In this document: positions 52,145-60,340 of the stretch, one piece after another
How the letters are laid out: the number at the start of each line of letters is the position of its first letter
Position numbering within the stretch: position 1 is the stretch's first letter
Origin: Chlorobiota bacterium
Lineage (GTDB): Bacteria; Bacteroidota; Chlorobiia; Chlorobiales; Chlorobiaceae
Direction of reading: 5' to 3'
Length of the DNA stretch: 64,000 nt
NCBI GenBank assembly: GCA_016866305.1
Contig: VGMX01000014.1
Coordinates: 2,161-66,160 of the forward strand
Program-made: the position numbers and the translations under genes
Notes under the pieces: model-generated
Database searches by the model: none
Seen by the model: the letters and a program-made list of their open reading frames with translations, nothing else
What the model was told of the DNA's origin: nothing

Positions 52145-52444
52145 ATGAACAGTATCAGACTGCATCTCAAATTCGATCCGAGCGTTGTCATGTATCTTGT
52201 CATCGTAGACAAGCTGCTGCAGCGGCAATCGGATCTGCTCAAGGTCAAGCCGTCGGAAAAATTTTTCGACATGGTCCGCGAGCAGGTGATTTCCCATCTT
52301 GTCGACGGAAAGGAACCCCCGGAGCAGATTGCAGGACCTATCCTGAACATTGCCGACGACATGCTTGCAGGTCGTGAGGTTGTAATGCGCAGCGGTGATT
52401 ATATCACGCTCATGAATTACGCAAGATCAAAGAAGCTGCTTTAA
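52145..52444 (+). CDS. 99-aa hypothetical protein upstream of radical SAM gene
   Basis: Strong SD (GAAGGAGGT) before ATG; natural amino-acid composition; co-oriented 30 bp upstream of the rSAM ORF. Confidence 0.75.
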   Translation: MNSIRLHLKFDPSVVMYLVIVDKLLQRQSDLLKVKPSEKFFDMVREQVISHLVDGKEPPEQIAGPILNIADDMLAGREVVMRSGDYITLMNYARSKKLL

Positions 52445-52474
52445 CGCTGTTTCGGCCGAACCGGCGCAGGCAGG

Positions 52475-53575
52475 GTGCTGATCGCACCCTGCCTGCATTC
52501 ATGCCCCCTCAGCATCCACCAGCAACACCACAACCACCTGCGCATGTCTTTTGAAGGCTTCCCTGTCGTTATGGGTCTTGAGCTGACCCTGGCCTGCAAT
52601 CTCCGGTGCAGGCACTGCGCCTCTTCGGCAACCGGCATAACAAGGAGGAACGAGCTCTCGCTCGGTGAGATCCTCGGCATCTGCGACCAGTTTCCCGACC
52701 TCTTTGTCCGCGAAGTAGACCTCACCGGAGGTGAACCGCTTTTGCGCCCGGAATGGCAGCAGATAACCGAACACCTGCAACGCATGGATATTCCCGTCAG
52801 AATGGTCACCAACGGGCTTCTGCTCGAAGAAAACGCCCGTCAGCTGGCCGATTCAGGCATTGCAACCGTCGGGGTCAGCCTGGATGGTCTGGAAAAGACG
52901 CATGACCATATCCGTCAGAGACCCGGCCTGTTCAGGCAGATCATTTCAGGAATCGAAGCCGCACTCGACAAAAAAGTTCCTGTTGCAGTCATAACTGCCG
53001 TGAACGACATGAACATCGCCGAGCTTCCGGCATTACGGATGATCCTGCAGGACCTCGGAATCCGCCACTGGCAACTCCAGCCGCTTTTCTCTCTCGGCCG
53101 TGCACGAAGCGACGGGCTGAAACTCTCCTGCAGCACCTATCTCGAACTTGGAAAATACGTGCATCGGCACGCCCCGCGCTGTCAGGCTGAAGGCATCACC
53201 CTCATGCCTGCCGACGGAGTGGGATATTTCACGGATCTTGACACCCGGGATCGCCCCTGGAGAGGATGTTCAGCAGGCATATCCTCATGCGGAATCACCA
53301 GCGACGGAGAGGTCAAGGGATGCCTCTCGCTGCCGGAACAGTTCAACGAGGGGAATCTCAGGGAGCGCGATCTGTGGAGCATCTGGTTCGACGAAAGCTC
53401 GTTTTCCTGGAACCGGAAATTCAGCGCAGACAATCTCGGGGAAAACTGCAGGCAGTGCGTCTTCGGGCCTCAATGCAAGGGCGGCTGCTCGGTCATGTCG
53501 TTTGCCTCTACCGGCCTGCTGCACGACGATCCCTACTGTTTTCACCGGCTGACGAGCCGGAACCATCCCCTGTAA
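52475..53575 (+). CDS. Radical SAM/SPASM enzyme (PlpX/TIGR04103-TIGR03913-like); start 52475 or 52544
   Basis: CNLRCRHC, TGGEPL, SLDG, WQLQ..GRA; SPASM WRGCSAG..CGI.SDGEVKGCLSLP and CRQC..GPQCKGGC...PYC. Confidence 0.9.
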   Translation: MLIAPCLHSCPLSIHQQHHNHLRMSFEGFPVVMGLELTLACNLRCRHCASSATGITRRNELSLGEILGICDQFPDLFVREVDLTGGEPLLRPEWQQITEHLQRMDIPVRMVTNGLLLEENARQLADSGIATVGVSLDGLEKTHDHIRQRPGLFRQIISGIEAALDKKVPVAVITAVNDMNIAELPALRMILQDLGIRHWQLQPLFSLGRARSDGLKLSCSTYLELGKYVHRHAPRCQAEGITLMPADGVGYFTDLDTRDRPWRGCSAGISSCGITSDGEVKGCLSLPEQFNEGNLRERDLWSIWFDESSFSWNRKFSADNLGENCRQCVFGPQCKGGCSVMSFASTGLLHDDPYCFHRLTSRNHPL

Positions 53576-53660
53576 GCTGCTCTCCCTGACAGATAAACAC
53601 GATCCGGCAGGCTGGCGGGAATGCGGTTTCCGGCTCCAGGAGCCAATACTTGCCGGTCGT

Positions 53661-54353
53661 TCAGTCGCGGACGCAGCGCACCGACATGCCGTCGATTTTT
53701 TCCTCGCCGCTTCTCACCACGGTTGCGACATGGTAGTTGAGCACCCTGTACCACCCGAGCGAGGGGGAGTGTTCCGCAGAAGTCCAGAAATACGCGCTCT
53801 GTGCACCAAACGCGAAAACGCCGTCGATGCCCCTCAGACCCCCGGGAAGCGCACTGAAGCCGCTCGTGTTTGTTGCTGCCTCGTTCGGGGTGCGCCAGAG
53901 CGAGCGCCCGGCCTCTTTCATTTTTCCTCCGGCGACGGCTTCACCGCCAAGAAAAGCGGTCAATTCCGACCACTCCCTGTCGGTCGGCACATGCCAGCCT
54001 TTTGGGGCCAGACCCCGAGGATCGTTGACGGCATACCAGTTGTACAGACGCCCGAAATTTTTTCCGTTTGCCGGATCGTTGTCGAAGTAGCACCATGCAC
54101 CTTCCCCTTTTGCGGCTGCGTCGAGCCACTCCTCCCTGGTGGCGGCATGCCTGATGGCGTCTCCGTTGCGGTAACGGCTCACCCTCAGATTTTCCGCCGT
54201 CCAGACCTGCTTTCCGGCAGTTATGGCATGGTAGCCGTTTCCGTCGATATCCCTCATCCTGTCATCCGAAGCGCGCAAAGGCACTGAAAAGAGGGTGATT
54301 ACGCTCATGAGAAGCAACATGAGCATTTGCCTGGTAATGTTCCGATGTTTCAT
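53661..54353 (-). CDS. FISUMP (Fibrobacter succinogenes major paralogous) domain secreted protein
   Basis: Signal peptide; DIDGNGY, QVWTAENL, GRLYNWYA, PKGWHVPT..EW, GFSALPGG, FWTS, SVRCVRD; SD GGAGG. Confidence 0.9.
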   Translation of the reverse strand: MKHRNITRQMLMLLLMSVITLFSVPLRASDDRMRDIDGNGYHAITAGKQVWTAENLRVSRYRNGDAIRHAATREEWLDAAAKGEGAWCYFDNDPANGKNFGRLYNWYAVNDPRGLAPKGWHVPTDREWSELTAFLGGEAVAGGKMKEAGRSLWRTPNEAATNTSGFSALPGGLRGIDGVFAFGAQSAYFWTSAEHSPSLGWYRVLNYHVATVVRSGEEKIDGMSVRCVRD

Positions 54354-54428
54354 CCTTTTCCTCCGTTTACTGTTGCTGTTGTTCGGTACGGCCGTCCTGA
54401 ACACGAAACGATCATGACGACCGGAAGA

Positions 54429-54484
54429 AAAGTAACGGAGGAAAGCTTAAGCGGACTTTAAGCGACACTTAAAAGAGGCTTAAT
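54429..54484 (-). promoter_or_regulatory. 4x TTAA(G) array at 11-bp pitch plus -10 (TACTTT) for the FISUMP gene
   Basis: TTAA at 54447, 54458, 54469, 54480; TAnnnT 11 bp beyond the last TTAAG on the minus strand. Confidence 0.65.
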
Positions 54485-54870
54485 TTTATCGGGATGGAGA
54501 ATCCCTGCAGGTATGGCAGTCCGATATTCCTGGGGGACTGAAAAGCTCCTTGACAAGCCTCCGCCACCGCAGGAAAAACCGGAGTATAACAACCGGGGCT
54601 TATCTTGCCGGCACGGGGAGCCTGGCCTTTCGGGCCGGTACCGTCGCAGACACCTGCTCCCCTAGCGGAAACGACTCGGCTGCCGTTGCCCGATCCATCG
54701 AGAGGGCGTATATAATCCGGGTCCTGACCATTGGGTATGCCGTCGCCATCGCCTCCGCCTATCAGCTGCATGAGGGGATTGTCAAAGAAACCTCCGGCAA
54801 CGGCCGGAACTGCGGGTGAAAGCGCCAATACGGCAACGGCAAGGGCAAACATGCGAACGATTCCTTTCAT
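54469..54870 (-). CDS. Small secreted Gly-rich protein with DGDGIPNGQDPD and CDGTGPKG motifs
   Basis: SD AAAGGAG before ATG 54870; signal peptide ending AVA; TSP3-like DxDG motif; C-terminus possibly extended by a frameshift. Confidence 0.72.
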   Translation of the reverse strand: MKGIVRMFALAVAVLALSPAVPAVAGGFFDNPLMQLIGGGDGDGIPNGQDPDYIRPLDGSGNGSRVVSARGAGVCDGTGPKGQAPRAGKISPGCYTPVFPAVAEACQGAFQSPRNIGLPYLQGFSIPIKLSLF

Positions 54871-54940
54871 GAGGGTGTCTCCTTTGTTCTGGTTGTTGCG
54901 GGGAGAGAGTCTTCGCATACAGCTCCCCTTATTACGAAAG

Positions 54941-54955
54941 GCAATTCACATACCA
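54941..54955 (-). promoter_or_regulatory. Sigma-54 (-24/-12) promoter
   Basis: Minus strand TGGTAT-GTGAA-TTGC (GG-N10-GC), 70 bp before the ATG. Confidence 0.75.
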
Positions 54956-55043
54956 GAAAAGGGAAAAAAATCTATCATATTATTATTCAATCGCTTATGG
55001 AGAAAAAGAAAATGAGAACAACCTGCAGCAAAAGCGTTGATGA

Positions 55044-55077
55044 CAACCGGCTCGTCGCTGTTTCGACGGTATGGGCG
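55044..55077. promoter_or_regulatory. Tandem enhancer (UAS) CAACC-N4-CGTCG / CGACG-N4-GGGCG
   Basis: Two 8/10 matches to CGACC-N4-GGTCG, 20 bp apart, 88 bp upstream of the -24 element. Confidence 0.6.
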
Positions 55078-55127
55078 AAAAGAGTGCTTGTTTCATGAAA
55101 ACCGGCGCCTGGCTGGAGCATATCCCG

Positions 55128-56486
55128 TCATTTCATGCCATATTTCTTCAACTTGTATCGCAGATGGCGCTCGCTGATGCCAAGCATTTCTGCGGCACGC
55201 GTCTGCACCTGACCTGATTCCCTCAGCGCTTCGGTAATCATTTCCTGCTCGAAGGCTTCCACCTTTTCGGTAAAACCGCCTTCAGCAACTTTTGCGCCGG
55301 AAGATTCCGGACGGTATTCGAATACCCGCATCGGAAGATCCTCGGTGGTGATGGTCGAGGCCCGCGAGAGAACGACGGATTGCTGCACGATGTTTTCAAG
55401 TTCACGGACGTTGCCGGGATAGGAATATTTCATCAGGGCATCCATCGCCTCCCTTGAAATTCCGGTAATCTGTTTCCCGTTTTCTTCGCTGAATCGGTGA
55501 AGAAAGGCATCGACAAGGGGAAGTATGTCGTCACGACGTTCCCGCAGGGAGGGAATCCTGATGGAGACGACATTGAGACGGTAGTAGAGATCCGCCCGAA
55601 GCGTCCCCTGGCGAACCATCGATTCGGGATCGCGGTTTGTCGCAGCTACGATCCGTACATCGGCCTCGAGGGGTGTCGAGCTGCCTACTCGTTCGAACGT
55701 TTTTTCCTGCAGTACCCTGAGCAGCTTGACCTGCAGGGAAAGCGGTATTTCGCCGACTTCGTCAATGAACAGAGTGCCGCCCTCCGCCAATTCGAAGCGC
55801 CCCTTGCGCAGCCTGTCAGCACCGGTAAATGCACCTTTTTCGTGACCGAAAAGCTCGCTTTCAAGCAGGGTTTCAGGCAGTGCCGCGCAATTGACGGCAA
55901 CAAAGGGCTTTTCCCTCCGGCTGCCTGAAAAATGAACAGCCCTGGCGATCAGCTCCTTGCCGGTACCGGTCTCTCCGGTAACGAGCACCGATACATTGCT
56001 GGAGGCCACCCTACCGGCAATGTTCATCACCTGTGCCATCGCGGAAGATTGCGATATGATGCCCTGAAAACCGAAACGCTCCGAAAGCTGTGTTCGAAGA
56101 AGGCTGTTTTCGCTGATAAGCTGCTTCCGTTCCAGCGTATTGCGGATCATGATCCTGAGCTGGTGAAGGTCAACCGGTTTGGTGATGTAGTCGATTGCAC
56201 CGAGTTTCATGGCCTCGATAGCCAACTCCACGCTTCCGTAGGCGGTCATGATGACAACCTCGATACCGGGATTCCGGTGCTTCAGTGCCGAAAGCAGTTC
56301 GACTCCGCTCATTTCAGGCATTCTGAAATCGGAAAGCACGATATCGACAGCCTCCTCGGCGGCGATTTCAAGAGCTCTCCGGGGATGCGAAGACTTCAGC
56401 ACCCGATACCCCTGTTTGGAAAGAAAACCGGCGATGCTCTCAAGCTGGACGCTTTCGTCCTCAACCACAAGTATGGTATGATCCAT
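55128..56486 (-). CDS. Sigma-54-dependent response regulator (NtrC/ZraR/AtoC-like)
   Basis: REC domain (VVEDE, SDFRMP), GETGTGKE, ESELFGHEKGAFTGA, FIDE, DLYYRL, C-terminal Fis-type HTH. Confidence 0.95.
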   Translation of the reverse strand: MDHTILVVEDESVQLESIAGFLSKQGYRVLKSSHPRRALEIAAEEAVDIVLSDFRMPEMSGVELLSALKHRNPGIEVVIMTAYGSVELAIEAMKLGAIDYITKPVDLHQLRIMIRNTLERKQLISENSLLRTQLSERFGFQGIISQSSAMAQVMNIAGRVASSNVSVLVTGETGTGKELIARAVHFSGSRREKPFVAVNCAALPETLLESELFGHEKGAFTGADRLRKGRFELAEGGTLFIDEVGEIPLSLQVKLLRVLQEKTFERVGSSTPLEADVRIVAATNRDPESMVRQGTLRADLYYRLNVVSIRIPSLRERRDDILPLVDAFLHRFSEENGKQITGISREAMDALMKYSYPGNVRELENIVQQSVVLSRASTITTEDLPMRVFEYRPESSGAKVAEGGFTEKVEAFEQEMITEALRESGQVQTRAAEMLGISERHLRYKLKKYGMK

Positions 56487-56532
56487 TATTGTCAGCCACC
56501 CGTTATATGAATGATTGCCGAAAAACCGCCGT

Positions 56533-58575
56533 TCACACAGCCGGCAGCACAACCCTGAAGACACTTCCCGCTCCTTCCCTGCTCGAAACCTCGATCATCC
56601 CTCCGTGGGCGTGGACAATCTGGTTGGCGATACTCAGCCCCATACCGGTGCCGTCGTCTTTAGTGGTAAAATAGAGGTTGAATATTTCCGGGAGTTTCGC
56701 GGCAGGAATTCCCGTACCGGTATCGGCAACCTCGATAACCGCCTGGCTCCCACGGCAGAACACCCTTAGCGCAATGTGTCCCCCCTCGGCTGTGGCTTCA
56801 ACGCTGTTTCGAACGATGTTGAGCAGCACCTGCTGCATCTGCTCCCTGTCGAGCTGTACCGTTTTCCGGCACCCGGCATCAAGCGTAAAGCGGACACCTT
56901 TCTTTTCGGCCTCACTCTGCAGTACGGTACTGTAGCTTCCGACAAAGTCGTTAAGATTGACCGGCACCGGCATAAGCTGCGGCGGACGGACGAATTTGAG
57001 AAAGCGCTGGATAATGGCGTTGACGCGGTGCACCTCGGACACCACGGTTCGAACGAGATGGCGGTACTCGGGTTCGTCGGCAGCCGGCGAGAACTCGATA
57101 TCGAGGCGTTGAGCCAGAATACCGATGGCGTTCAGCGGATTCCTGATCTCATGGGCAACTCCGGAAGCCAGCTCTCCCATTGCGCTGAGCTTCTCCTGCC
57201 GGTCGATAACCTGCTGCATGGCACGCTCTTCCGTCAGGTCGCGAAGAACGGCGACAGCCCCCAGGATACGCTCTCCGTTACCGGTTATTCGGCTGAAATT
57301 TCCTGCCAGCAGCCTTTCCCGATCGCCTGCATGGCAGAGAAATTCGCGATTGAAGGCAGCCTCGCTCCCTTCATCCATGATACCGGAAAGAAATTGAGCA
57401 CATTCAGGAAAAACCGCCTGTACGGGTTTGCCTGTCGCTTCGCCGGAAGAGACCCGAAGCAGCTTCTCGGCCGGTCTGTTGATCAGGGTTACGCTCCCGG
57501 CAGCGTCTACCGTAAGAACGGCGTCTGCCATGCTTTCAAGAATGGTGGATGAAAATGTCTGCACCCGCTGGTAGGCGTCTTTTATAACCGTTTCGTTTCT
57601 GCGGCTTATGACGAGGTTGAACATGACAAGCCCTCCGATGGCAACAAGAGTGAACAGCATGAAAAAACGGTTTCGCAGCTTATCGAGGGCCGCGCTGAAA
57701 TGATCGTTTTTCAGACCTATGCGCAAAAGCCCCACATTGGCAGAACCGTAATAAAAGGAATTCACGACTTCAAAAACCGTTCTGCCTTCGAATGCGGTCA
57801 TCCGGGTCAGCGGCTTACGGGTCAGCATGGCCGATTCGAGAAAAGCGTCAGACCGGACGGATGCGGTTTTCGAAACATTGGGCGTGGCGGCCAGAATCCC
57901 GGTCGAGTCCTGCCAGATAATGTAGTCTATACCGGTACTGTCGGCTCCTATACGCTCAATGAGCTGGCCGACGCCAAGTTTCCGGCGCAGATCGAAAAGC
58001 CTTGTCGCATCAACATTTCCGGCAATCACACCACCCCTGCTCCGTTTGACGGCGGCAATCAGACGTGGCCCCCTGTCCGAGGAGCTTTGGCGGATTCCAA
58101 GCAGCAGGGAATCCTTTTGACCGGAAAATATCGGCTGCAGACAGAGCCGGGAGTCACACTGACGTAAGAGAGGGGTATGATCGGGTGGTGAATTGAAAGC
58201 GATGCGCTTTCCCTTGCTATCGAAAATGTTGACGCGGTAGATTCCGCTCGATCCGGCAATTGCTGAAAGCTCCTTCGAAGTCAGCTCGTGCTGTTTATCC
58301 AGGCGGTCCAGAAGGCGGAGCTGATCGATAAGGCTGCCTGTCAGGAGGGAGCTGTTTTCGGTATAGCCGGTGATGGCATTTTCAGCGCCCTCAGACAGCG
58401 CGTGCATGAGCAGTGCAGCCTCCTCGCGCATGATGTGCTCGATCTCGGATTTCCGGTAGTGGTATTCAAAAAGAGCCGTTCCGAGAAACAGGAGCACAAA
58501 AAGGGCAAACGCTGCGCCAAGATACTTCGGCGAAAGCATCATTACCCGTTTTTCCGGAAGCCTGTACTGTTCCAT
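56533..58575 (-). CDS. Sensor histidine kinase (periplasmic sensor, PAS, HisKA, HATPase)
   Basis: Two TMs; AHEIRNPL H-box; NIVRNS, DTGTGI, FTTK.GTGMGL. Confidence 0.93.
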   Translation of the reverse strand: MEQYRLPEKRVMMLSPKYLGAAFALFVLLFLGTALFEYHYRKSEIEHIMREEAALLMHALSEGAENAITGYTENSSLLTGSLIDQLRLLDRLDKQHELTSKELSAIAGSSGIYRVNIFDSKGKRIAFNSPPDHTPLLRQCDSRLCLQPIFSGQKDSLLLGIRQSSSDRGPRLIAAVKRSRGGVIAGNVDATRLFDLRRKLGVGQLIERIGADSTGIDYIIWQDSTGILAATPNVSKTASVRSDAFLESAMLTRKPLTRMTAFEGRTVFEVVNSFYYGSANVGLLRIGLKNDHFSAALDKLRNRFFMLFTLVAIGGLVMFNLVISRRNETVIKDAYQRVQTFSSTILESMADAVLTVDAAGSVTLINRPAEKLLRVSSGEATGKPVQAVFPECAQFLSGIMDEGSEAAFNREFLCHAGDRERLLAGNFSRITGNGERILGAVAVLRDLTEERAMQQVIDRQEKLSAMGELASGVAHEIRNPLNAIGILAQRLDIEFSPAADEPEYRHLVRTVVSEVHRVNAIIQRFLKFVRPPQLMPVPVNLNDFVGSYSTVLQSEAEKKGVRFTLDAGCRKTVQLDREQMQQVLLNIVRNSVEATAEGGHIALRVFCRGSQAVIEVADTGTGIPAAKLPEIFNLYFTTKDDGTGMGLSIANQIVHAHGGMIEVSSREGAGSVFRVVLPAV

Positions 58576-58624
58576 CTTTTTCAGTCATACTCCTGAAAGG
58601 TGTACGCCGCAATCATGAGCGTCC

Positions 58625-59458
58625 TCAAGGGCTGATCATGGTTTCAAGCATTTCGCGCAACCGGCTCATGTCGATGCCGTTTCTATCGGCTATTGCCCTC
58701 AGGGTCATAGCCGGCTCGGCTTCGATGCCTTTTTGCTTCATGGCAAGCTGCAGTGAAGCAGCCGATACGCCAGCTTCATCGGCTACCTCCTGCAGGGTTT
58801 TGCGACCAAGTCCCTCTGCCGGAAGTTTCCTGGCTCCGCTTTTTTCGGGAGCAAGAGGAACGTAAAGCTTTTCGGCCGTCGTATGGTTCTTCAGGGCTAT
58901 CTCCCCAAGGGTCTGCTGAACCGAATCCACCCTGAATCCAGCTTTTTCGAGCTTCGCCTTCAGTATCCCCGCATCACCGCCAAGCCCCGGCTGAAGCGCA
59001 AGCTCGACAAGCGTCATGGTTTCGGCGTGAGGCACCGGTGGCTGCATCTCCCTTTTTTCCCACGACGCCGATACGCTGTTGCCGAAATCGATGATCGCTG
59101 CAAAAGGCTGCAGGGAAGAGTAGGTCCCGACTCCAAAAAGAAGCGCAAGCAGCACGCTGCCGGACAGCTCCAGCGGACTTTTCAGGCCGGCGCTCGTCTT
59201 TGTTTTCAGATACGAGAAGAACGCCTTCCAGTTGAGGACGAAAAGATGGAATATCGAGAGCAGGGCGAAGGCGAAACCGAAAATCGCATGCTGGTTTTCC
59301 CACCCGGTTTTTGTCAGGCCGAGCATGCGCCAGTCCGTCCAGTTCGCCACCCTGCCGGGTGGAGAGATATAGAGAATCACCCCCGAAACAAGCAGCATCA
59401 GAAAGGATAGCAGAAGCCCGAAACTGACAAAAATCCGCCAGCTGAACGATTTTTTCAT
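58625..59458 (-). CDS. DUF4405 (cytochrome b-like) membrane protein with four TLxEIA-type repeats
   Basis: SD AGGAGG 5 nt before ATG 59458; WENQH and IFHLFVLNW TM histidines. Confidence 0.8.
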   Translation of the reverse strand: MKKSFSWRIFVSFGLLLSFLMLLVSGVILYISPPGRVANWTDWRMLGLTKTGWENQHAIFGFAFALLSIFHLFVLNWKAFFSYLKTKTSAGLKSPLELSGSVLLALLFGVGTYSSLQPFAAIIDFGNSVSASWEKREMQPPVPHAETMTLVELALQPGLGGDAGILKAKLEKAGFRVDSVQQTLGEIALKNHTTAEKLYVPLAPEKSGARKLPAEGLGRKTLQEVADEAGVSAASLQLAMKQKGIEAEPAMTLRAIADRNGIDMSRLREMLETMISP

Positions 59459-59471
59459 GTTCACCTCCTCT

Positions 59472-59894
59472 CTACTGGTTCATAAGCCGACCCTTTCCTC
59501 CGCCACCCATACCTCTTCCACGACCCATTGCCGGGTTGTACTGATCCCAGAACCATCCGGTCACGGCCTTGAGCTCAGCATCAGTAAGCTTGATGAGCGG
59601 CATGAGCCCGAAGCGCGTTACCGCCTGCTGATCGACAGCTTTGTTTTTATCGGGTTTTTTCAGAAATGCTGCCATGTGAGCTACACCCTCGGCTTTCGTC
59701 GCAAACTTCTCGTGGTAGCGGTTGGCCAGAGGGATAACCGGCGGAGCGGATTTGGGGGGCGGATTGATGGAGTGACAGACGCTGCAGTTGCGATCGAATA
59801 CCGCCCTGCCGTCAGGCGTTACGGCCGTTGCCGCCGAAGGATGAACCTCCGATACGATTCCAGATAACATAAACACATACAAGATTTTTTTCAT
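59472..59894 (-). CDS. Periplasmic monoheme cytochrome c
   Basis: SD AAAGGAG; signal peptide; CSVCH; candidate distal Met in FGLMP. Confidence 0.88.
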   Translation of the reverse strand: MKKILYVFMLSGIVSEVHPSAATAVTPDGRAVFDRNCSVCHSINPPPKSAPPVIPLANRYHEKFATKAEGVAHMAAFLKKPDKNKAVDQQAVTRFGLMPLIKLTDAELKAVTGWFWDQYNPAMGRGRGMGGGGKGRLMNQ

Positions 59895-60039
59895 GACAAC
59901 ACTCCTTTGATAACAACCATTGCTGAACCTACAGACATCAACTTTGCCCTGCAAAGCATAACGCGGCAGCATCGCCCGGCGTTCTGGCTCCAATCGCCCC
60001 GACGGTTACTCGCGATACTTTCATGGCAATAAGTAAATA

Positions 60040-60054
60040 TCAAAAAACATGCCA
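60040..60054 (-). promoter_or_regulatory. Sigma-54-like promoter with -12 GA variant
   Basis: Minus strand TGGCAT-GTTTT-TTGA; supported by the UAS pair 89 bp upstream. Confidence 0.6.
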
Positions 60055-60143
60055 ATAAGAGAAAACATCACGCAACCTCTTTTTTCAGAAGGCATTACGC
60101 GTCGTTCGGCGTTAACGGCCACAACACTGCAGTATAAGAATTC

Positions 60144-60177
60144 CGACCGAAAGGTCGAAATATCGACCATACGGTCG
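60144..60177. promoter_or_regulatory. Tandem perfect palindromes CGACC-N4-GGTCG x2 (candidate enhancer)
   Basis: CGACC-gaaa-GGTCG at 60144 and CGACC-atac-GGTCG at 60164. Confidence 0.7.
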
Positions 60178-60214
60178 GAGTCGCAGCCTTTCGGAAAGGG
60201 AACCCCTCCGTAAT

Positions 60215-60270
60215 TTTAAGCGAAGTTTAAGCTTCTCATGAGAATCCTTTAAGGAAAGGGATGCTACCTT
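60215..60270 (+). promoter_or_regulatory. TTTAAG array at 11-bp pitch plus extended -10 (TGcTACCTT)
   Basis: TTAA at 60216, 60227 and 60249 (60238 degenerate ATGA); -10 at 60265. Confidence 0.68.
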
Positions 60271-60340
60271 GTTCATGTTTTAAGCCATAGTCAGGCGACA
60301 GCCTTCGGGAGCCTGACGAAACATAACCAAAGGAGATAGC

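Noticed and set aside
60130-60210. Structured ncRNA or riboswitch (GAAA-capped hairpins)
   Set aside because: No match to c-di-GMP or other riboswitch cores I know; the same palindrome pair recurs in degenerate, non-pairing form at 55044-55077, which favours a DNA-binding site.
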